From Hormiphora californensis (taxonomy: Eukaryota > Animalia > Ctenophora): a DNA stretch of 64,000 nucleotides. Under the pieces are notes generated by a model. The model did not search any database. It worked only from the letters and a program-made list of their open reading frames with translations, and was not told where the DNA came from. The stretch is from positions 5,208,001 through 5,272,000 of the forward strand of contig CM035358.1 of assembly GCA_020137815.1 (NCBI GenBank), in the 5' to 3' direction. Position numbers and translations under genes: made by a program. Shown here piece by piece: positions 22,723-35,860 of the stretch (the stretch's first letter is position 1; each line of letters starts with the position of its first letter).

Positions 22723-25700
22723 ATGAGTAGTCCACCTGGATCCTTCTTTTTCGAGGTTCACCGGCTAAAAAAGTTTGCAGAGTCAATGTTGGACTCAATG
22801 GGGCTAGATCAGCAGGTATAATTGAATTCAAAGCCTTCCAATCTGTGTTTCATGTTTCTTGAACATGGGTTGATTTCACTTTCACTTTTGAGCTGCTGAG
22901 TGCTACTGTTATTGTCCATACTTTCACGGACACAGTTTCAAGCGACTCAAAGTGCTACTAGGTCATTGTTAATAATGTTAATGTCTCAAAGTGCTACTGA
23001 CGCTACTAGGTCATTGTTAATGTCATCTTCAATAATTTCTTGTTTGATGTGCTTTTTGTTTAGGTTGGATTACCATTCCAAGAGGACCGTGAGGCTGAAC
23101 CTAGTGACGATCAGGAGGAGCTGGGTGAATGTCCTCAGACATCTTCCCACCCTACTTGTCTTACCGCGCAACCTCCCCATCTCTCTTCATCCGGAAGTGT
23201 TGTTTCAAGTACAGTTCCCCCACCGCCACTACCGCGGCCTGCGAGTGCGATGTCACCCCCGCTGCCTACCATGTCTCCAGTGTCAACTAATCCCGATATT
23301 TCTGCCCGAGAAATGGTAAGAAAACTTTTTTAGATCTTTATTTTACTTTTCTAACTTTTGTCAACTATCTCAGTACACAGCAGAGCCGCCGTATTGTGAG
23401 TCACCGGCTGTTTCCATGGCAACTGCTCCACCGCCATCAGAATCAGGATGTGTTTCCATGGTTACCACTGGGGACGATACTGAAGATGATGCCTGTACTA
23501 TCCGAGATGAAGAGGTGAGTTATGAAATGCCGATTAACTTTCCAGTCATAGTTCCACATTACCTGCATTATAATTCGCTTCCTCAGTGTTATAGTTGTAC
23601 TGCAATCCTCAACCTGCATTATTTCAGGTATCTGAAGGGTCAGTTGAAGGGAAAATGGTTGCAGCACCGCATGACGGTGGTCATTTGGAAGAAAACACTG
23701 CAAACTTAGAGGCAGAAATGTGAGTGCAAATTTAAACGCCGAAGAAACGATGAATCATTCGTCTATTTTTTTAAACCTAATCCAGCTAGAGTTACTTGTG
23801 GGCTTTTACCATATGACAAATATACCGTTTCAATTCTTGTTATACATATCATGGTGACTGTTTATTAAAGATTCCCAAAGCAAGGTGATTACATCTCACA
23901 TTGATCATAGTACGCTGGTGGGAGCTAGCTAATGAGAATGAAAAGGGGGATAGAGACCGTGTATAGTCTATAGAGTATTCGATGGTTTAGTGCACTTTTT
24001 TAATTCACAATTAATTTCAATCATGAGAACTATTTCGATCAAATGCTTTGACCCCTTCCATCTTTTGTTTGTTCTAAAAGCTGGATAGATTTATAAGAAC
24101 GATTAAAGATTTAAATAACTAAAACGTGGGCCGATCTTGCTGTAAAATGAGGTTTGCCTTGCATATTTTTTTTTGCATAATTTTCAATAATACTGACATA
24201 TCTTTCTATTATGTGAGCTATACAGAATGGGCCACACATAAATGACGTGTAGTGTGTCTTTTCTTGAACAATAGTTCTCCAGTTTTTTAACACCTTTTAT
24301 TTCATTGGTCGTCCGACCAAAACTTTTCAATGAGAGATTTCGAAAAGCAAGATCATAACCTCTTAAGATATTTTTTCTTTCCCTTGCGCAGCTGCAACAT
24401 TAATCAGCCTTGAGTGAAGTTCTTTTGAAATTGTATACATTCCTCTACGTCACACTCTTTCACTCTGATTGCAGAATTGTTAAGGGGAATGAACCTGCAG
24501 TAGCAGGCCAGATGACGCTCAAAGAATCCCTTACCAACTTCTACACCAACAAGCTCAGAAACCCATTCAATCACAGGGTAATTTAACTTTGTTTGTTTCA
24601 TAGCTTGTTGAGTGTTCCTTATCTCGCCCTTATCTCGCCCTTATCTTGCCCTCATCTGCTTCTTATCTTTCCTTTATCTCATCCTTATCTCATCCTTATC
24701 TCACCCTTATCTCCCCCTTATCTCGGTCCCTTATCTCGGTCCCTTATCTCGGTCCCTTATCTCGGTCCCTTATCTCTCACCTTTATCTCGCCCTTATCTC
24801 CGCCTAGCTCCATATCTCCCCTTATCCCCCCCCCTTATCTTGGTAATGAAATTCCCCCTCTGCGCTAGGGGTGACTTCGTAACCAACCCTTATCTCCGTC
24901 TGGCCCCAGGTATTAGATGAAGAAGAAGATGAACCACTGCGGATTGAAAAGAAGTTTGAGGAACCATCAACGGGATCCTCCGTAACAAGCTACAACATTG
25001 TTCTTCTAACTGTTCTCTGTTGGCTCATGCTCATGACAGGTTTAATAATAGGGCTTCAGATTTCAAATCTAATGACAGGTATAGGCCGGCTTTAGATATA
25101 TGATCTTAGATTTGAAACCTTCAAGTATAGATATGGTAAATAATTATATGAACTTAGATGTAAATTTTCTTTAAATCTTCATCTTCCAGGTATCCTCTAC
25201 AATCTCTCCCAGATGACATCACACTATCAGGTATATAGCACCCAATAAAAACTAGAATTTTAAATCTTCCTAAAAATCAATGCTTGGTTTCGGTTTTTGA
25301 TTTCTTATAGAAATGTTACTCGGAATTATATCTGCAGTTGTCATGACAACGTGTTTCTGCAGGTGTGTCAGTGGAATGTGAAACACTCGGTGATGGCTCT
25401 GGAGCCTTCCCTGTTCATCGTCTGTATTGGAGTGTCTACATTTGTGAGCGGATTTATCAGCGATAGGATCGGGAGACGGCGTGTTCTTATCAGTGAGTTT
25501 AATTTCTTATCAGTGAGTTTTATTTCTTATCAGTAAATTTTATTTCTTATCAGTGAGTTTTATTTCTTATCAGTGAGTTTTATTTCTTATCAGTGAGTTT
25601 AATTTCTTATCAGTGAGTTTTATTTCTTATCAGTGAGCTTTATTTCTTATCAGTGAGTTTTATTTCTTATCAGTGAGCTATATTTCTTATCAGTAAGTTT

Positions 25701-28700
25701 TATTTCTTATCAACAAGTTTTATTTCTTATCAGTGAGTTTTATTTCTTATCAATGAGTTTTATTTCTTATCAATAAGTTTTAATTCTTATCAGTGTCTTA
25801 TCAACTAGTTATCAAAAGATTTAGAATCTGTTGTCGACTGAATCGAAACTGATCGGAGAAAGCTAGAATTCCACACAAAATTTATCATCGAAACTCTATT
25901 TCAGTAACGGTTGGTATCATGACTGCGGGAATTCTAGTGTCTGGAACATCCATTATACCCCAACAGTACATTCTGGGAGTCTTTCTTTCTGGTATAGTTA
26001 ATGCCTTTTCATTCATTTTTTTAACGACATATTTATCCATAAAATTGTCAGATCTAATTCGTATTTTATGTTGGTATTTATAAAGTTTCCACGTCCCAGG
26101 TGTGAGTGCGGGAATGGTCTTCAACTTGTGTATCGTGATGTGGCTGGAGAGTAGTCCGAGCTCTCTAAAACGGTTGGGAATTCTCGCCCAAATGGTTTTC
26201 ACTTCCCTGGGATACGCCGCCATCGTCCTTTATGATACACTTCTTATGGTAGGTCATAATTCAATAGTTCTGAGAACATTACAATATTACTTTTTATCTC
26301 CACTTCACCAGTATGTACTATCCACTCTTTCATTTTACCCCAAATATTGTGAAGGAGGCTTAGAACAAAACAATTCTACATTTCTACTGCACCACCTCCA
26401 GAATAGGGTCCTCAACAGGGGTTCCAGCCCATAGCAACCGCTCTTATCAAATCAAATCAAATCTCCTCTAGGAACCCTTTGGATGGAACTGGGGAGTATT
26501 GTTCAGTTTGATTGTGCTGATCCCAGTCTACATTCTACTGCCGCTAGTGGAGGAAACTCCTCTTTACCTGCTAGCAACAGGAAGGGTGGAGGAGGGGAAC
26601 GCCGTCGCTCTAAAATGCAACATGAAACAAGCGGTATAAACTTCAGTTGATCGGACTCTTCGGGAGCCAACATGTACAATGAAATCTTTTCATCAGAATT
26701 TCGCAAACCGTACAATTGATAGCCATGAAAAACTCTCATCTCCATAGGATTTGGAAGTCACGGTCGACGTTGAAAGGACAGTGCTGGAGGCAATCAAGCA
26801 GGTTCTGTCAAGAGAATACTGGAAAACAACTATCGCCCTCATCTTTCTGTTTGGTCTCCATAGGCTAGTCGAGACTGGACTTATATTCGGGGTAAGTGTT
26901 AGTAAATAAAAGTAAGTAGGTAAGTTAAAGTAAGTTAAACTTCCCCTCGGAGCTGCCAAGATCATGCAATTTGGCCTTTATAGTCCATGACACTTTCTAA
27001 AATAAGAAGCTTTCCATCTAATTCAGAATATAGGTAACTTTCCAAACAACTACTATTATAAAAATTAACAGTGCCTTCATTTTATGATGAAGATACTTCG
27101 TTTCAACGATAATTGGATCGATAAATCATGTTTAAATCTATTACAGGTGCCTCACATGATCGGAATGAACTATTGTAATCAACTGGAGGGCTTGAATACT
27201 GTTCATAACAATGTTTCAGCGATGGACTGTATCACTCCGTTTTCCGTCAAGGTAAATCAATGTGTCCTTAATGTGTCCTCAATGTGTCCTCAAACGTTCC
27301 GTAGGTAGTATGCTAATATGCTATACTACCAAAAAAGAACCCGAATTTTCGGGGTGTACCATATAGGTCTTTCTCGACTGTACCATGAAAGGCGAAAGCT
27401 TAGGTGTCCGTCAAGGTGTATTTCATGGCTGCTGTTTCAAGAACATGCATCACGATTTTACACCATGTGAATCACAGTTTCCGGGAGCTAGTTACAAAGT
27501 ATTTCAGGTAGCTAATGTTTAGTATCACATAATTTTATGTGACTCTACAATAACTATTTCCTCTTTAGGAGTACAGCGTAATATTCATGTTTGCAATCCT
27601 AGGAATTCCTGGGTTTGCCATCGGGGCGTGCCTGCAGGTAGGGACATATAGCTGACGTATATACCATTAATTAAGCGTTCTAACCGATCTTACGTATGTC
27701 AATGATTCATTGTAAAAAATATTCCCATGGTCAAAAAGTTGAATCAGTTTCCTTGTCAGTCGAAAAAGATGAAGATAAACGTGACAAAGGGAATAGCGAT
27801 TCTATCCTTAACTGTCGGGGCAATATTGGCCTTCTGCACCTACTGTGATTACTACTGGTTGTTGGAAATCAAACTGGGCCTTCTCCGGGTGTTCGTATCC
27901 GGCCAAGTAAGATATATATTGTCGGATTTACGGGATGAAAGGGGGGATAGCACGATCTAAATCGAGAGATCCGACTGTATTGAACCCTTTCGTTTGAAGC
28001 CTGTGTCTGTAAAACACAGAAATCTGTGTCTGTAAAACACAACTTGTAACCCTTTCAGGACCAGATATTCTCTGTTCTCATCCCCTCCGTTTTCAGGATC
28101 AGATATTCTCTGTTCTCATCCCCTCCGTTTCAGGATCAGATATTCTCTGTTCTCATCCCCTCCGTTTTCAGGATCAGATATTATCTGTTCTCATCCCCTC
28201 CGTTTCAGGATCAGATATTCTCTGTTCTCATCCCCTCCGTTTCAGGATCAGATATTCTCTGTTCTCATCCCCTCCGTTTCAGGATCAGATATTCTCTGTT
28301 CTCATCCCCTCCGTTTCAGGATCAGATATTCTCTGTTCTCATCCCCTCCGTTTTCAGGATCAGATATTCTCTGTTCTCATCCCCTCCGTTTCAGGATCAG
28401 ATATTCTCTGTTCTCATCCCCTCCGTTTCAGGATCAGATATTCTCTGTTCTCATCCCCTCCGTTTTCAGGATCAGATATTCTCTGTTCTCATCCCCTCCG
28501 TTTCAGGATCAGATATTCTCTGTTCTCATCCCCTCCGTTTTCAGGATCAGATATTCTCTGTTCTCATCCCCTCCGTTTATCCAACCCGGATTAGGACCAC
28601 TGCAAGTGGTTTGGTCCGGTCCGTCGGCATCTGTCTTGCTTCCACAGGTAATTGTTGAAGAAGTGAAGCAAAGTTTTCTCGAAGGCTTCTGTCAATTCAT

Positions 28701-28960
28701 TTAGTATACCATTATTTATTTTTTTCAAACCTATTTTAGTAAGGCAAACCAATATAAACCATTATATCGTTATTTATTTATCCACAGGTCCCTATCTAAC
28801 TATCTGGTTCTTCCACAATGTTTCCATCAAGTGGGCCCTTATCTTGCATTGTGTCATATATGTGGGCCGAATACCACTATCACTATTAGTGAGGAAACCT
28901 CAGCTGCCAGGAGAGAAGGACGTTGAGGAGGGAAATCAGGAATGCAGCGCTGCTGAGTGA
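22723..28960 (+). CDS. MFS transporter of the SV2/SVOP-related type with a long Pro/Ser/acidic N-terminus (~17 exons)
   Basis: MFS motif A (SGFISDRIGRRRVL) and VYPTRIRTTASG; hydrophobic exons; the exons checked (22723 through 24911, and the last three) are phase-compatible; stop TGA at 28958-28960. Confidence 0.82.
24615..24900. repeat. Intronic CCTTATCT(C) ~11-12-bp minisatellite containing a 47-bp TTGGT...ACCAA micro-MITE (24840-24886)
   Basis: Direct reading of the sequence. Confidence 0.8.
25484..25797 (+). repeat. 20-bp tandem repeat of a splice donor (TTCTTATCA|GTGAGTTTTAT), ~15 copies
   Basis: The first unit coincides with the end of the motif-A exon. Confidence 0.9.
28059..28577 (+). 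repeat. 37/38-bp tandem repeat of splice acceptor plus exon start, 14 copies
   Basis: Unit GATCAGATATTCTCTGTTCTCATCCCCTCCG(T)TTTCAG; the last unit runs into the coding DQIFSVLIPSVYPTR. Confidence 0.92.
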
Positions 28961-29295
28961 TATATTTTGTGATAATTTTTGTGTGGATGTAATAATTTCT
29001 TTTTTGTTTTGAAATTATTCATATTGGTTTTTATTTTATGTTTGTCGGAAAACTTGGATATTGTAGTTAATTAGATGCCATGTGGATTATAAACACGAAC
29101 GGTTTTGCGGTGGGCCAGTCAGCCGGGAGTCCACCTGCCGGGTGTTAGGTCCATTTGTGCTTTTTAACCATTTGTGCGGGTAAGCACAGTCAGATATTTT
29201 TGGCTAATCCTGTGGATAAGCTGCAGATATTTATATTTCTATTTCTAAGAACGAACGTCGTTCTAGTTGTTTTTAGTTAGAGAGATAGAGAAGCG

Positions 29296-29752
29296 CCACA
29301 CCCCAACAAAAAGCACCACACCCCAGTGCTCTCCCACTATTTTGTGTTAGACAACAGGAAAATATCTCGAGCGAGAATCATCGCGAGCTTAGCTTAGGCA
29401 GGACAGACTTTATTTTTCAGCTCTCCCCCTTCACTAGAAGATTTTATAAAAGTGCTATCCCAGATTCTATTCCCGTCCAGGTCTCTCCATCGTCTAATCT
29501 CTGTTCTCTCTGTTCTCTCTCTCTCCACACCCCAACAAAAAGCACCACACCCCAGTGCTCTCCCACTATTTTGTGTTAGACAACAGTACACCTTACTCGA
29601 GACAGGAAAATATCTCGAGCAAGCATCATCGCGAGCTTAGGCAGGGCAGACTTTATTTTCAGCTCTCCCCCTTCGCTAGAAGATTTTATAAAAGTGCTAT
29701 CCCGAGTTCTATTCCCGTCCAGGTCTCTCCATCGTCTAATCTCTGTTCTCTC

Positions 29753-29846
<94 letters not shown>

Positions 29847-29965
29847 AGGTGATTTAAGCTCGCTGCGTTCTTTGAGGCGGACAGAATCGCAAGAGCGCCA
29901 CGCCCCCACCAGTGCTCTTTACTAAACGCTTTTATAAAAGGGCTCTCCCACAATCTATTCCCGTC

Positions 29966-30017
<52 letters not shown>

Positions 30018-30043
30018 CTTCTCTTCTCTCTTCTCTCTCTCTA

Positions 30044-30109
<66 letters not shown>

Positions 30110-30170
30110 CTCTCTCAGCCGCACCCATGTGATTTAAGCTCGCTGAGTTCTTTAAAGCGGACAGAATTGC
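29296..30170. repeat. Degenerate ~230-bp tandem duplication with embedded (CT)n microsatellites
   Basis: CCACACCCCAACAAAAAGCACCACACCCCAGTGCTC at ~29296 and ~29525; CTATTCCCGTCCAGGTCTCTC present three times. Confidence 0.75.
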
Positions 30171-30529
30171 AGTACTTTGTTTTAGTTTCCCTCTGCCTTT
30201 GGAATTTTCCCCCTACCAACGATCAGCTTTTCATAAGGTATTCCTTGATCTCCGAAGTAAGGCATTCCTTGAGCCACACGAGGTATTCCCTAAGTAATGC
30301 CAATATGATCACGCGAGTATAAATTACTTTAGCCACGTAGCCGCGTAAATATTGTAACGTGTAGTATGATTGATCAATCTTGAAAAATACTTGTTGTTGT
30401 TGCATTGCAGAATCCCATACATAGAAGTTAGAACGGTCGCCAAACCGACACAATTCAGGTTAACCTGGCTGTGAAATAAATGTCTTTTAAAATAATTTTA
30501 ACCAAAACACCCACAATGACACAGTAGCA

Positions 30530-33500
30530 ATGAATCTGCTTCTACTTGTTGCCTTGGTAACAGGAATAGGAGCAAATCAGTTGGTTCTTATCAACCCCAC
30601 CCAGAAGAATAACAAGGGTGGTGGAACTGCTTCCAATGCGATAGACGGAAATGTATGGACTGAGTACCATTCAACAGAATATAGCACAGATGAAGACCAG
30701 TGGATAAAGTTTGATTTGGAGTACCCATCGGTCATTGATACTGTCACTATGCTGGGAAGGTAATATTTAAATTACTTTAAAAATATTTAATATAAGGTCC
30801 ATAGCACGCCGTGCGGCTCTCGCCACTCGGTGTCTTCCTGGAGCGTCTGAAGTAACATACTCTACATAAACTGATTGGTGGGTGGCCTTGCTACGGCGGA
30901 GTGGTGGACGTGCTGGGGCGCCTAATAAGCGTGTTCGGTGCGGCATCTACTACTTTCGGGCAGGTCATCCTCCAGACGCAGCAATCACAAACAAACAAGG
31001 TCCATAGCAGGGCTGCAGGATCAGCAAGTGAAATCACGTGAATTTTTTAGACAGTATAAATAACGTTGGATATGTTTTCAGGGTTGACTATGGCACCTGG
31101 GCTTACCGTATCTTGGGGACTCAAGTTAAGATCTTCACCGATGAAGAGGAATGGCACACTTGTGGAACTGTGAACGAATACGATTCGTCTCATTCGTACA
31201 CCATCTCATGTCCTAGCAACATCATAGCAACCAAACTCAAGCTCTACGATGACACTATTGCAGAGATTGGCGACAAGAAGGATACTGCTCCAATCATGAT
31301 TATAAGAGAGCTGACTGTCAATGGGATCGTTCCTCAAGGTGAGTAGTGAGTTTGATAGCACCTATCACACAAATCACAAATGCTCTATAATGATAATGAC
31401 AATTTGTTTATCTTCTTCTCAACTTAAATTGTTGTAGGTTGGAAACCGGTGCAGAAGGGCGTTGAAACGAGTTATAATCTAGACACACGGGGTTTGGAAG
31501 TGCAAGCGAAGGCCAAAAGTGTAGTCTTTATCAACACTAACATCGGGTTTATCGGGTTCAGCTACGAAGGGTCATCTTACCAGTACAAAATAAAGCACTG
31601 TAAGCCAGACTCGGTTAAGTTCGACAACCAACCGCCAGTGGCAACGAACGGTATAAACACCTGGAAACTGATTAAGACGAAGGAAGCCTTCATCATAGGG
31701 TGTAACGGAAAGGGGTTGTTAAAACTGAAGGTTTGCAGATGCAGGGAATGAAGATTGTACCACGAAGTGGACCGGTGTTGCAGTGACATACATAAATTTC
31801 AATAAAGAACGTGACAAAGGTTCTATCCAGGAAACGACCGAACCGGGTTTTTTCCACCGAACCGAACCGAACCGAATTTGAAAAACTTTTTTACCGAACC
31901 GAACCGAACCGAACCGAACCGAATTTCGGTAATCGAACCGAACCGAACCATACTTGATAAACTTGATAAACTTGATAAATAAACTTTATTACAGAATCGT
32001 AACCGGTGTCAGTCTTTTCAGCATCCCCCTTTAGCTCGAACCTCCAAAACCCAGTCCATGATAGAATTGTTGTTCCGGGTAGAATAACCCTTCACAGGTG
32101 GATTGTCAGGGAAGTGGTCCAGCCAACGGCCCAGCAGGATCTTGAACGTATCTAAGGTCACTGCTGTATTAACCTCTTTCGGCAATGTGTTCCATAGCCG
32201 AGCGGCCCTTACAGTAAAAGAGTGGAAGTATTTTGTTGAGAATGACTTCTGTGCTCCACTGTAAAGAGTAGGTACTTCGGCTCGGATGCCGAGCCGTTGA
32301 TGATGGTAAAACCGGGTATTCGTGCTGTTAGGGGCTGCACCGTTATGGATTTTCCACATTTGTATTATCGAGTATCGCTCCCTCCGTCGTTGTAATGACA
32401 TCAGTCTAAGCTTTTTCAGCCGTTCCCAATAGTCAAGTTGTGCCATGTCTTCGATCCTTCGGGTAAACTGTCTCTGGATACTCTCCAGCGCCTGGATGTC
32501 ACCAATCTTGTAGGGCGACCATAAAGGTGAGCAGTATTCTACTTTACACCTTATTAGTGACTTGTAGAGTGTCAGCATAGTGGATACTGACCTATCTTTA
32601 AAAGCTCTCAAAACTTTTTCTGTATAAATGTTTCTCTAAAAAGTCATGGAGAGCACCGATCAAGGTATTGAGAATCATTCTCTGAAATTTTGTTAAAAAA
32701 TGTTTGAAAAAATTTCAAAGTCAATTTTGTGAAAAAATTTTCAAAGTCAATTTTATCGTAAATTTTCTATGTCAATTTTTGCGTACGAATCGTGTTGCGA
32801 ATCGGTGATGCTTTGCGGCAGTGCTCTCGCTAATTAGCAGGATTTATTGAAACATGAATCGTTTCCCCTAAACTTCCTAATTAGATTTGATGGGGGATCA
32901 CGTATCAGCATAATCCATCTCGGACCCACTAATTAGCAACATCACTCCCGCTTAGCAATACCGATTCGAAACACGATTCGTACGCAAAAATTGACATAGA
33001 AAATTTTCCATAAAATTGACTTTGAAATATTTTCCAAACTTTTTTACAAAATTTCAGAGAATGATTCTTAACACCTTGATCGGTGCTCTCCATGAATTTT
33101 TTGAAAAAAAAAGTTTCTGAATTTGTTGACCCTCTCATGAGGACACGATTCGACGGGAAGTCAGGTATCAAATCAATCCATATCGAACCCGCTAACTAGC
33201 GAAATCATTTCCACATAGCACCACCGATTCGAAATAGGGTTAATACGGCGAAATTGACATTGAAATCCATACAATTTTCGTGAAATAATTGGAAAATTTT
33301 GCATGAAAAAGCCCGATTTCTGGGCATTTTTTGACCAAAAAATTCGGTGGTTCGGCCAAAATTTCCTACCGAACCGAACCGAACCGAACCGCCCAAAAAA
33401 CACCGAATTTCCGAACCGAACCGAACCGAACCGAATATTCGGTCGCTTCCTGGTTCTATCCTTTACAGACCTGTGTGTAAGTACTAAACATATTGTTCAT

Positions 33501-35593
33501 CTGTCTGGCGGCGCCATGCCAGACTCCGTCGCGTTGTTTGATAGCAGCTTTCACAAAAATGCTCTATACAATTTTTGTATACATATCTTCTTCTCCACTA
33601 AAATTGTTGTAGAGTGTGTAAGAATATAAGGTCCTTATATTCTTATTCCTTATTAAGGATCTTTTCGCGTGAGGTGTACTGCCCTGAAGCTCGTCAGTGT
33701 CAGTTACAGTTTTACTTATCTGGCCCTGTCGTGTCTGTGACGGTATTATTATTATCATCAGATTGGAAACTGGCGCAGAAAGGCGTTGAAACGAGTTATA
33801 ATCTGGACACACGAGGTTTGGAAGTGCAAGCGACGGCCAAAAGTGTAGTCTTTATCGACACTAACATCGGTTTCATTGAGTTCAGCTACGAAGGGTCATC
33901 ATCATCTTACCAGTACAAAATAGGTCATTGTGAACCGGAATGGATAAATTTCAACAAACAACCGCCAGCGGCAACAAACGGTATAAACACCTGGAAACTG
34001 ATTAAGACGGAGGAAGCCTTCATCATATGGTGTAACGGAGATGAGTTGTTGGAACTGAGGTTTGCAGATGCATGGAATGAAGATTGTGCCACGAAGTGGG
34101 CCGGTGTTGCAGTGACAGACTTTACTTTCAATCCATACCGTGACAAAGGTTCTATCCTTTACAGACCTGTGTGTAAGTACTAGACATTGTTCATTTGTCT
34201 GCCACTCTGCCGGTGCCAGACCTCGTTTTGACAGTGCGCTCAGATCGGATCGGCGCCTCCAGATAGAAATTATCAATCTACTTCTGTGGTGCTCCATCAT
34301 CTATATTGAGCGTCAAATAGACACACTCTGCGCCTTTCGGGAATCGCGCTGACCCTTTCTCGCGCTCTAATTGCGAGCGGAGCGAGGACAGTGGTTAGTT
34401 ATTGTGTGCGCTATGATGGATCATGTCACTATTATAAGTATTTCAATTATCGAGTTAGAACTCACCCTAAAAACCATCCATCAGACTGCCCTGTGGAGAA
34501 GAACATCAAAGGAGTGCTGGTGAGTGGAGCGGAAAGAGGTGACAAGATGACAGTCAAGTGCTCGACACGGAAAAGATCCGTTGCCATAGCAACGTGCTCC
34601 GAGAGATGGATCACGGAATGGGTTACTGGCAAATGCTCAGGTTAGTCAATCTACATTGTAGAAGTTCGAATTTCTACTAGAAGCTGTTATAGAACTAATA
34701 CTAGTCTAGCTATTATAGAACTAATACTAGTCGACTACTGTCTAGTGGAACTAGAAGTTCTGGTAAATTAGCTGCCGACTAGTGACTGACGACTGAATTG
34801 TTTGTTGTAATGTCTTGTAGTAAAGTACTGTCCACCTGATAATGTGTTTCTAAAGGATCAGGGCCCTTTAGTTACTCAAACAGGAGTTTAATATTGTAAA
34901 GTTCGACTTGTAGGACAAAACAATTGCAAAACTGATACTATTATAATAGTGTAGTATATTACACTAGCTGTTTGTGCATGTACATAGTTGTACACAGACC
35001 GCTAGTTATATATTGTATAGTATCAGGGTCAGCACACAGTCACACCAACGTGTGCTAACCCTCATTTCAAAAATTCAAGTGGGATTCTCTGGCACACAAA
35101 TTTGTGCCAGACAATCCCACTTGAATTTTGATAAAATCCTTCCTATTCCCAATAACCGATAACTAACAAACTTCATGCATTCTACCGTCACTGAAAACCA
35201 TCTCTGGCGAACGGGGAATAAATCTAACCGCTGCTGGGAGTAAGGAGTAACCAACGAAATAGAGGATTCAGAAGGATCAAGTTCAACCACAGCAACCCAA
35301 ACATATCAAAGGTTAGTAAGTAATATTTTCCTCAACCTATCTTGGTTGCTATTCTAGTTTGACTTTGAGATATCTGAGTATCTGACATGATATTGTGTTA
35401 TTTTTGCAAACATACCCCAAATACAAGAATGATCATGATCCAGGATTAGGGTTATTTTGGTTTTTAATGAATATTAATGTGACATGTCACTGCTAAAATT
35501 CCAACTTTCTACCATACTTTACTCCTAGAAACCTATCTTAAGCTAGAGGAGGAGCTGACTCAAAGAAAGGAATCCTGCACAGTGCAGATATGA
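30530..35593 (+). CDS. Secreted mosaic protein: signal peptide, galactose-binding (F5/8C/F-type lectin-like) domain, Cys/Trp domain, sushi-like module; exons ~30530-30759, 31082-31338, 33762-34172, 34485-34640, 35529-35593
   Basis: ASNAIDGN...HS...QWIKFDL...IDTVTML.R...CGTV pattern typical of F-type/discoidin-like folds; phase-1 module boundaries. Confidence 0.72.
30807..30996 (+). mobile_element. 190-bp retroposon (SINE or truncated LINE tail)
   Basis: 13-bp TSD AAGGTCCATAGCA at 30794-30806 and 30997-31009; (CAAA)n tail. Confidence 0.8.
31828..33452. mobile_element. hAT-like non-autonomous element with (CCGAA)n subterminal repeats
   Basis: CAGGAAACGACCGAA...TTCGGTCGCTTCCTG; 8-bp TSD GTTCTATC at 31820-31827 and 33453-33460; internal inverted repeat ~32640-32840 / 32930-33100. 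Confidence 0.88.
31951..32611 (-). mobile_element. 5'-truncated CR1/L2-type LINE (C-terminus of RT ORF2)
   Basis: LYKSLIRCKVEYCSPLWSPY...LESIQRQFTRRI...YWERLKKLRLMSLQRRRER; short-repeat tail at 31951-31990. Confidence 0.9.
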
Positions 35594-35860
35594 TCATGAC
35601 CTTGTGGAAAAACAGAATGCCCTACTGGCACTTAATGCATTCTCTCATGCACCTGCGGAGTCCCAGAATGATAATGAAGTATAGTACTCTAGTGGATCTA
35701 TAATAGACCACCGCCAGATAGCTGATATTGCTAAATAGGAGGCGAAGAACAATTTTAATTTAAAATAATAAAATATGATAGGGCTATTGATTTTAGTTTC
35801 GAGAGACGCTATTTTCTTTTTGAGATCGAGAGATGTTAATACTATGTCCGGCTTCTTTTA

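Larger units (their letters stand above)
31438..33478 (+). pseudogene. Disrupted tandem copy of the exon at 33762-34172
   Basis: Highly similar to the downstream exon, but has an extra A at ~31728 (CTGAAGGTTT vs CTGAGGTTT) and a 1.6-kb TE insertion. Confidence 0.75.

Noticed and set aside
28059-28577. CRISPR-like array (37-bp repeats); likewise the 35-bp array at 52008
   Set aside because: Head-to-tail repeats without unique spacers, eukaryotic intronic context and no cas genes.
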